Shown in pieces: positions 5,298-11,545 of a stretch of DNA of 11,545 bases (position 1 is its first letter; each line of letters starts with the position of its first letter). Source of the DNA: Tolypothrix carrinoi HA7290-LM1 (GTDB lineage Bacteria > Cyanobacteriota > Cyanobacteriia > Cyanobacteriales > Nostocaceae). The notes under the pieces were generated by a model. It worked only from the letters and a program-made list of their open reading frames with translations. It made no database searches and was not told where the DNA came from. The position numbers were made by a program, and so were the translations under genes. Location: contig JAHHIK010000171.1 of NCBI GenBank assembly GCA_019358935.1, positions 1 through 11,545 of the forward strand, read 5' to 3'.

Positions 5298-7736
5298 GTG
5301 ACCCAGGAATTTCATATTTCCGTAACCCCAGTAGGGCAAAATGACTACTTGGTGCGGACGGAACAAGTCGCGCCTGGGGTGCCATTGGCAGAAGAATTAG
5401 TAACTTGGCCTGTAGCTGATTGGTTGGCGGCTGCGGGGCATTTGATGAATGATCCGTTGAAGTCGGTGTTGCAAGGAGATGCGATCGCTCTTAATGTCAA
5501 CTTGGTGGCTTTGGGTCAACAATTTTATAACGCACTGTTTCAAGGCACTCTCAGAGATAGTTGGATTACGGCGCAGGGTATTGCCCAGCATCAGCAAGAG
5601 GTATTGCGCCTGCGGTTAGGACTAAAAGATATCAGATTAGCGCGTTTGCCTTGGGAAGTGATGCACGCAGGCGATCGCCCTTTGGCAACAGGACCTTATA
5701 TTGCTTTTTCTCGGTTTCAAACCGGAATTCATCTGCCATCTCGCCTGCTATCAACAAATATACCAACACCTTTAGAAGAAGGTGGTATCAAAGTCTTAAT
5801 GGCGATCGCTTCTCCTACAGATTTAGTCCGTCTGGATTTACTCAAACTAGAAGCAGTCAAACTGCAAGCTGAACTTCACCGTCAGTCACCACGCTTTTCG
5901 GAAACTGGCAATTATCTCCCAGAAATCGAACTTACCCTATTAGAGCAACCAGGGCGAGAAGAATTAACGCAAGCTTTAGAACAAGGACGATACCACGTTC
6001 TGCATTACTCCGGTCATAGTAACTTAGGACCCAACGGCGGCGAAATTTATCTTGTAAATAACAGAACTGGTTTAACAGAAACTCTCAGTGGCGACGATTT
6101 GGCAGGCTTGCTGGTTAACAATAACATTCAAATGGCAGTGTTTAACTCGTGTTTGGGGGCATACACTGCTACCTCCGATCCGGCTGCTGATACGGGGGAA
6201 CGCAACTTAGCAGAAAGCTTGGTGAAACGCGGTATGAGAAGCGTTTTGGCAATGTCAGAACGCATTCCCGATGAAGTGGCGCTGACACTGACACAATTGT
6301 TTTATCGCAACTTGAGTCAGGGATATCCTGTAGATTTGTGCGTCAGTCGAGTGCGCCAAGGCTTAATTTCTGCCTATGGTTCTCTTCAGATGTACTGGGC
6401 ATTACCAATTTTATATCTCGATCCGAAATTTAACGGTAATCTGACACCAGAAATTAGTGTCTCCGAAAATGTCGAGTCCTTTGGTGAGTACAATTCTCGG
6501 TTGATGGGAACTTCAATCTACTCTGGTAGTGCGAATGATGTGGAAATGCCTTTACCAATGGAGGATATGATACCTTCTGGCTTGGACTGGCTAGGTGAAG
6601 ATACTTGGGGCGATTTGGTTGATGAAATTGAGTATGATGACTCAAGCTATGAAGAAGATTCGGCGGTCGTTTCCGATTTGTTTCGGCAAATTGATAATCA
6701 AAACGCAGCAAATGAGCAACCTTATGTCACTGCGGAATTGATACCAAAGCCTCAAGAAGATAATATCTTGAAAAGACCGATTCCAGGAGATATGAGTCTG
6801 GATAGCGAAACTCCGATGTGGGGAGATTGGGATAACGCAAATAACCCGCCTTCTTCAGCTCGTCCGGAAGTGCAACCAGCCACACGTAGGGCAACACGCC
6901 GATTGTGGGCGATTGCTGGCGTTGTCGGAGTTGGTGCGATCGCTCTGTTGATCGGTTTAAGTTCGTTGTGGCAACGACAATTTCCCAACTTTTCCGAGCT
7001 ACCGCAAATTCCAAACCAGTCTCAACCAATTCCAAATAATACCCCAGAAATCGACTTAAAGACATCTTCCACGGGAATTGTCACCGCTACCGCTACTCAG
7101 AAATTGATCCAGGGTGATTTGCAAGGTGGGCTACAAGCTGTGGAAGAACTACTCAGCCCAACGCGGAATGCACTTGCGGCTGCACAAGCTGCCCTCGATT
7201 TGATTCCGTCATCGCAAGCTAAAGATCCGGCAGTTAATTTTCTTAAAGGGCGAGTAGCGTGGCAAGCTATGCAAACTGGTGACAAAAAATACAGCGTTGA
7301 TGATGCCCGCCGTTATTGGGAAACTGCTGTGAAAGCCAAACCAGACTCGCTTTTGTATACAAACGCTTTAGGATTTGCTTACTACGCAGAAGGCAATATG
7401 AATGAAGCTAATGATTCTTGGTTCAAAGCGTTGAATTTGGCTCTCAAACAGCAAAATCCCTCTGGTTATACGCCAACAGCAGCAACTCCCCCAGTAGCGA
7501 CACCGGAGGCTTTGACTTCCTATGCCGGATTAGCTTTAGGGTTGTATAAATCTGCAAATCAACAGCCAGTTAGTAAGCGATCGCAATATTTGACTGAAGC
7601 CGTCAAGCTGCGACAAATGGTGGTAAAAGATGACCCGGTAAATTTTTTACCAAATAAATTAAGTAATAACTGGCTGTGGACAGAGAAGGCTATCCAAGAT
7701 TGGCGATCGCTTTTACAGGTTAAAGGTGAAGGGTAA
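5298..7736 (+). CDS. hetF: HetF, CHAT (caspase-HetF-associated-with-TPR) cysteine protease involved in heterocyst differentiation and cell division
   Basis: N-terminus MTQEFHISVTPVGQNDYLVRTE...; CHAT motifs LPWE, HYSGHS (His) and FNSC (Cys); acidic linker; TM segment LWAIAGVVGVGAIALLIGLSSLW; TPR-like C-terminus. GTG start with AGGAG RBS at 5288-5292. Adjacent to the NsiR1 array. Confidence 0.95.
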   Translation: MTQEFHISVTPVGQNDYLVRTEQVAPGVPLAEELVTWPVADWLAAAGHLMNDPLKSVLQGDAIALNVNLVALGQQFYNALFQGTLRDSWITAQGIAQHQQEVLRLRLGLKDIRLARLPWEVMHAGDRPLATGPYIAFSRFQTGIHLPSRLLSTNIPTPLEEGGIKVLMAIASPTDLVRLDLLKLEAVKLQAELHRQSPRFSETGNYLPEIELTLLEQPGREELTQALEQGRYHVLHYSGHSNLGPNGGEIYLVNNRTGLTETLSGDDLAGLLVNNNIQMAVFNSCLGAYTATSDPAADTGERNLAESLVKRGMRSVLAMSERIPDEVALTLTQLFYRNLSQGYPVDLCVSRVRQGLISAYGSLQMYWALPILYLDPKFNGNLTPEISVSENVESFGEYNSRLMGTSIYSGSANDVEMPLPMEDMIPSGLDWLGEDTWGDLVDEIEYDDSSYEEDSAVVSDLFRQIDNQNAANEQPYVTAELIPKPQEDNILKRPIPGDMSLDSETPMWGDWDNANNPPSSARPEVQPATRRATRRLWAIAGVVGVGAIALLIGLSSLWQRQFPNFSELPQIPNQSQPIPNNTPEIDLKTSSTGIVTATATQKLIQGDLQGGLQAVEELLSPTRNALAAAQAALDLIPSSQAKDPAVNFLKGRVAWQAMQTGDKKYSVDDARRYWETAVKAKPDSLLYTNALGFAYYAEGNMNEANDSWFKALNLALKQQNPSGYTPTAATPPVATPEALTSYAGLALGLYKSANQQPVSKRSQYLTEAVKLRQMVVKDDPVNFLPNKLSNNWLWTEKAIQDWRSLLQVKGEG

Positions 7737-7758
7737 TATTAAGTTTGAGTTACGAGTT

Positions 7759-7829
7759 GTAGAGACGTTCCACCGGAACGTCTGTACGAGCAAGCGCGGT
7801 AGAGACGTTCCACACTCCCACGTCTGTAC
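7759..7829. repeat. Two tandem REP/SDR-like palindromes downstream of hetF
   Basis: GTAGAGACGTTCC-ACC-GGAACGTCTGTAC (7759-7787) and a degenerate copy GTAGAGACGTTCCACACTCCCACGTCTGTAC (7799-7829). Confidence 0.8.
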
Positions 7830-7941
7830 GGGAGTTTCCTTATTTCCTAGTCCCCAGTTTTAAGCCTTAGTCCCAAGCCCCCTATTTTCAAGTTAGGATT
7901 TTAAGCAAGCCAGAATTAAACGCTTTTGGGGCTTATATATC

Positions 7942-8541
7942 ATGCAAGTTACTAAAAAGCAATACTATTCGCCAGAGGAATATTTAGCACTAGAGGAAGC
8001 TGCTGACTACAAAAGCGAATACATCGATGGTGAAATTATTCCTCTGACTGGTAAATCTACCAATCATAATCAAATAGCACTGAACTTCAGTACTGAGCTA
8101 AATTTTGCTTTCAAAAAACTAGATTATCGAGTGTTTATGGGTGATGTACGTCTGTGGATACCCACTAGACGCATTTACACTTATCCTGATGTGATGATAA
8201 TAGCCGGAGAACCAGAGTATTTTAATGACCGTACAGATATGATTACAAATCCGAGAGTAATTATAGAGGTGCTGTCAGATTCAACTCAGGGGTATGATAA
8301 ACAGGGAAAATTTGAGTTTTACCGCACGATACCTTCTTTTGAAGAATATTTGTTGATTGACCAAACTAAAATTTATGTAGAACAGTATTCTAAGACGGCA
8401 AATAAACGTTGGTCATTGCGGGAGTATGATGTTGAAGATGAAGCGATCGCTTTAGCATCTGTGCAATTTGAAATTTCTCTTGGGGATGTGTACAACAAGG
8501 TGAAGTTTGCAGCGGTAGCAGAAGGTGAGTCAGGAAATTGA
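7942..8541 (+). CDS. Uma2 (DUF820) family PD-(D/E)xK endonuclease-like protein
   Basis: Motifs SPEEYL...KSEYIDGEII, YPDVMII, IIEVLSDST..YD...KF..YR.IPS..EYLLIDQ. Confidence 0.93.
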   Translation: MQVTKKQYYSPEEYLALEEAADYKSEYIDGEIIPLTGKSTNHNQIALNFSTELNFAFKKLDYRVFMGDVRLWIPTRRIYTYPDVMIIAGEPEYFNDRTDMITNPRVIIEVLSDSTQGYDKQGKFEFYRTIPSFEEYLLIDQTKIYVEQYSKTANKRWSLREYDVEDEAIALASVQFEISLGDVYNKVKFAAVAEGESGN

Positions 8542-8662
8542 GGATGGGTTGCTGCTTTAGGGATAGAAGCAGTGTTGATGACAATATTTTGCTTGGGGCG
8601 ATCGCTCATTTTTCAGATTGAATCATCAATGCTATATATCCTTTGTCTCAATTGTTAACAAT

Positions 8663-9250
8663 TTAATGAATTTTGATTTCTGGTGTTTGTTTAATAACAT
8701 CCAATATTTCTTGAAGTGTAAAGTGAATGTAGTAGAAAATTGGAGTTCCATTTATGTCTATAGTGCCGTATCGCCGATACGGTAGATAGTTGCGGTAAAA
8801 GGGTCGATAAGGAATACGAGGACGACCTTTTCGAGCATCAAAATATTCCAGTCTCACTTCTTGACTCTTAGAATCAAAATAATGTTTTGCTACTTGAATA
8901 GGAGCACATTCCTCATCGAAAGTGATACCCCATTTAATTTTTTCCTTTAATTTACCGTCAGATTTGCGTTCTCCCAAATCATGAAAAAAATATTCGTAAA
9001 AATATTCGATATTCTCATATTTAAAATCCTTATGGTTGATTACAATGGGATAGGCAAGCTGATTTTGAGCTACAGAAATACTGAGTTTTAGTATATTTTC
9101 AAAAAACTCCGTTGTTTCTTCTAAAATGTAATTTTCCGCTGCCTCTTTTTGTTCTTTTTTTTTAAAGGATATTAAAGGAACATAATCACTTTTAAATTCT
9201 ATATTTAAACTTTCCGAATGCAACCAAAAAATTTCTTGCTGATTAATCAT
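8663..9250 (-). CDS. Hypothetical protein (195 aa, AT-rich gene, no family recognised)
   Basis: Long open frame in AT-rich DNA, co-oriented with the upstream restriction-like genes. The start site is uncertain because it abuts the MITE-like element. Confidence 0.65.
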   Translation of the reverse strand: MINQQEIFWLHSESLNIEFKSDYVPLISFKKKEQKEAAENYILEETTEFFENILKLSISVAQNQLAYPIVINHKDFKYENIEYFYEYFFHDLGERKSDGKLKEKIKWGITFDEECAPIQVAKHYFDSKSQEVRLEYFDARKGRPRIPYRPFYRNYLPYRRYGTIDINGTPIFYYIHFTLQEILDVIKQTPEIKIH

Positions 9251-9253
9251 TTA

Positions 9254-9447
9254 TCCGCCTTCGGCGGAAGGCAGAAGGCAGAGGGCAGAGGGCAGAAGGT
9301 ATAAATTATGTCTTTGATTCAGCCTTCTGGCTGGAGCCAACTGGGTATAAAACCCCACCGTCTACACGGTGGATTCAATCGGTTGGGGTTTGAATCCCCA
9401 TCCGATTGCTCCTTCAGCATAGCTGCCTCCTGCCCTCTGCCTTTCTT
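9254..9447. mobile_element. ~190 bp structured MITE-like element with inverted heptamer (AGGCAGA/TCTGCCT) ends
   Basis: Left end: hairpin TCCGCC-TTC-GGCGGA then 4x A(A/G)GGCAG (9268-9295). Right end: 3x CTGCCNN (9423-9443), inverted relative to the left. Internal hairpins CCACCGT-CTAC-ACGGTGG (9355-9372) and CAATCGG-T-TGGGG-N7-CCCCA-T-CCGATTG (9376-9408). GC-rich relative to the flanks. Confidence 0.7.
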
Positions 9448-10821
9448 CAAATCAACTCTATATTTTTCATCCGTTTTTTCGGGTGGTAGGTTTAAATTTC
9501 TATAGTAAAAATCAATTGAAACATCCTTGTAGTCAATAACATACAACTCGAAGGCAATTTGTGATGTGGACTTGAACTTTAAAACTAAGTCCGGGCGGGG
9601 AAAACGCCGCATTGCCTTACTTCTATCTCGTTTTTGGAAATTATCATAATTTCTATTTGAGTAAACCAAAGTTCCGGGTTGGGTATCAAATTCAATACAA
9701 AGCAGCTCGTCCCATCCGAAGAAGCCTTCTTTTTTGGGGTAGGGGATGTGCGATGGCTGTCGATAAATCCATTGATTTCCGTACTTAGCTTCACCATCAG
9801 TCGAGTATTTATAATTGCCAACACGGTTTTGTTCTTCCCCCTGCCTTGCTGGGTTTGGATCACCTTTCAAAGGTATATCTGCATCTGCAAAACAGATTGA
9901 GTCATCGTATTTTTTGAAGAAATATGTGTGGCACATATCCTCCCAAACTAGGGAAAAGCCTTGTATACCCCAGAATTCCCCATCATTTTGGTCGGGGTTG
10001 AGTTCACCGTATAGGAATGTCTCAATGGCTTCGTAAAGTCCCCAATAGTCAGTGTCTTTGTAATAAGTATTTTTATCTATGTTGTCTAGTGCTTCTTTCA
10101 AGATATTGATAGTCTCAACAAAAGTGTCCTTATCAAAAATCGACTGGCTACTTGTTAGGTAGTCATCCTTGAAGCATTGGGCAAGAAAGCGGATATCCTG
10201 ACTGTGGGCTTGAATATTATCCAGCACATCACCATCCAACTGCTGCACAATTTCATCAAGAATGTAACAATACAAGTTCACTATATCAGTGCTGTCATAA
10301 CGCACCATTGGGCGCGGCAAATCCATTGCCTCAACATAAATTACGTGGTTATCGTGGTTATCCAGGTAAATAGCCCTATCCAGATATTTGTGAATCTGGG
10401 AGTAGTCAATTTCCTCACTGCGTCTTTTTTTATTTTGAATTGAGTTGATAGCAAGGTCATCATAGGCTTCCAGCACTCGCTCAATCATCCTGAGCTTGCT
10501 ATATAGTACACAAGATTCCCCGTCCTCAGTTTGGATACTGATACCACCGGAAGAAAGGGTAGTCTGATCTTGTTCTTGCTGATATTCAGGTTTGTTTTTT
10601 TTAAATCGGTTAGTGCCTTGATTGTCACGTTCAAACTTGCGAAAAGTGCGGTACATTTTGAAAAATAAATCCCGCACCTTATCGAAGTTTTCCTTTTCTG
10701 GAAAATAATTAAAGCCGTTTGGTAGGCAGAACTCAAAGCCATCGCCAGATTTTGATTTGCGGATGCCAACAAAATTGTCTTGTTTGTCCGTAACTAGCTT
10801 AAGTTCAGAAAAATCAATCAT
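9319..10821 (-). CDS. McrC/LlaJI-like PD-(D/E)xK restriction endonuclease subunit, probably C-terminally truncated by the MITE-like element
   Basis: Motifs F.LVWEDMC, RPDLVL and VIDYK. It lies directly downstream of an McrB-like gene. The last ~42 aa (GRGQEAA...QPEG) are read from the repeat element. Confidence 0.7.
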   Translation of the reverse strand: MIDFSELKLVTDKQDNFVGIRKSKSGDGFEFCLPNGFNYFPEKENFDKVRDLFFKMYRTFRKFERDNQGTNRFKKNKPEYQQEQDQTTLSSGGISIQTEDGESCVLYSKLRMIERVLEAYDDLAINSIQNKKRRSEEIDYSQIHKYLDRAIYLDNHDNHVIYVEAMDLPRPMVRYDSTDIVNLYCYILDEIVQQLDGDVLDNIQAHSQDIRFLAQCFKDDYLTSSQSIFDKDTFVETINILKEALDNIDKNTYYKDTDYWGLYEAIETFLYGELNPDQNDGEFWGIQGFSLVWEDMCHTYFFKKYDDSICFADADIPLKGDPNPARQGEEQNRVGNYKYSTDGEAKYGNQWIYRQPSHIPYPKKEGFFGWDELLCIEFDTQPGTLVYSNRNYDNFQKRDRSKAMRRFPRPDLVLKFKSTSQIAFELYVIDYKDVSIDFYYRNLNLPPEKTDEKYRVDLKKGRGQEAAMLKEQSDGDSNPNRLNPPCRRWGFIPSWLQPEG

Positions 10822-10842
10822 GGAATGCCAAAAGAGAAGTTA

Positions 10843-11419
10843 CTAATTTTGCTTTATTACATGTAAAATTTTATTAGGGCTTGAAGTAGGCTCATTATTA
10901 TTCAAGTTCATTATTTTATTGGCAAATTCATTGTGCATTTTAGTAAAGTCTCCGAAGGTGACAAGCTGCTCTGGTTCTACTTCTAAAAGCTTATAAAGCG
11001 GTTTTTTATCTCGGTTAAAAACACTGTCCCAAAGGAAAAACATTAGCTTATTCTGTATCTTTTCAGCAGTTACAGGCTGTTTGATAAAGTAATAGCCAAT
11101 TTGTTTGTCTTCAATTCCACGAACAGAAGTGTGATGACTTTTGATGAAGTCGTTAAGGTTTCTAATTAACTTTTTCCACTGCTGGTTGTCCAAACTTCCT
11201 TCTTGTCCGTATGTTGCGGCTGGAGGCTTACTGTCATCCCAGTCAACAAATTCCCAATCCCAACGGCGCTTGAAAGCACTGTCCATAAAGTAAATGGAGT
11301 TGTCGGAAGTGTTCATAGTGCCTATAAGGGAGAGATTTTGGGGAATTTTAATAGACTTATCTTTAAGACTTATTTGTAAGCAATTAACTCTATTTTGAAA
11401 AGTTAAGTAGTCTTGTACC
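10843..11419 (-). pseudogene. 3' part of an McrB-family AAA+ GTPase gene, interrupted by IS66
   Basis: The frame extends upstream of the track's Met: ...KIPQNLSLIGTMNTSDNSIYFMDSAFKRRWDW...IGYYF, containing the McrB signature GTMNxxD and the D.AFKRR arginine finger. The Walker A/B part is missing. The frame hits the IS end at 11420, with an in-frame TGA at 11428-11430 inside the IR. Confidence 0.85.
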
Positions 11420-11545
11420 GTAAGGATTCAGGCCTAAAGTTAAGGTATTAAAGATGGTGCTTGCATATCAGGGTTGACCATTGCTTTCATAGCTTGCTCA
11501 AAAAATTCAATTACGGAACGTCCTTGGCGACGGCAAGTTTGTATA
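11420..11545 (-). mobile_element. Right end of an IS66-family insertion sequence (partial)
   Basis: Terminal IR GTAAGGATTCAGG starts at 11420 (IS66 ends begin GTAA), 20 nt after the transposase stop codon. Confidence 0.8.
11440..11545 (-). CDS. IS66-family transposase, C-terminal fragment (not in the ORF track)
   Basis: The minus strand reads IQTCRRQGRSVIEFFEQAMKAMVNPDMQAPSLIP* (TAA at 11442-11440), matching the TCRxQGR...PSL(I/L)P C-terminus typical of IS66 transposases. Confidence 0.8.
   Translation of the reverse strand, partial: IQTCRRQGRSVIEFFEQAMKAMVNPDMQAPSLIP

Larger units (their letters stand above)
1114..8605. repeat. HIP1 octamer GCGATCGC (10 dispersed copies)
   Basis: Copies start at 1114, 2320, 5481, 5671, 5802, 6936, 7577, 7703, 8443 and 8598. 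HIP1 is a hallmark of many cyanobacterial genomes. Confidence 0.9.

Noticed and set aside
5397..7285. Short alternative-frame and antisense ORFs inside hetF
   Set aside because: Shadow ORFs with no independent evidence.
5298..8541. CHAT protease + Uma2 nuclease + repeat array as a Craspase-like or caspase-based defence system
   Set aside because: The CHAT protein is recognisably the developmental/divisome protease HetF, and Uma2 genes are abundant and scattered in cyanobacteria.
8373..10772. Short ORFs overlapping Uma2, the MITE-like element and the McrC-like gene (e.g. 9308..9505)
   Set aside because: They are antisense or out-of-frame to better-supported CDSs, or derived from repeat sequence.
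10843..11316. Stand-alone 157-aa gene
   Set aside because: Its Met is internal to the McrB GTMNxxD motif. It is a fragment created by the IS66 insertion.
8606..11545. Absence of HIP1 as proof of horizontal transfer
   Set aside because: A similarly long HIP1-free stretch (2328-5480) occurs in native DNA, so this is only weak supporting evidence.

Overview
Genomic window from a heterocyst-forming (Nostocales-type) cyanobacterium, judged from ten HIP1 GCGATCGC sites, heptamer STRR tracts and hetF. From left to right it contains: the 3' end of an IS200/IS605 (tnpB) element; a membrane hypothetical protein; a membrane-anchored S8 subtilase; a small hypothetical protein; a thioredoxin-like gene; a ~1.4 kb non-coding array of 8 clear (and possibly 2 eroded) promoter-sRNA-terminator units on the minus strand; hetF (CHAT protease); a Uma2 nuclease; and an McrBC/LlaJI-like restriction locus. 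The array looks CRISPR-like at first glance but matches the already described NsiR1 array, with a DIF1 (TCCGGA) promoter in front of each copy. The restriction locus appears doubly inactivated: the McrB-like gene is cut by an IS66 element and the McrC-like gene ends inside a ~190 bp structured MITE-like insertion. I cannot support a wholly new system here. The most novel-looking details are array micro-evolution, a seed-like NsiR1 site in the hetF leader, and the decayed defence island with an orphan gene.
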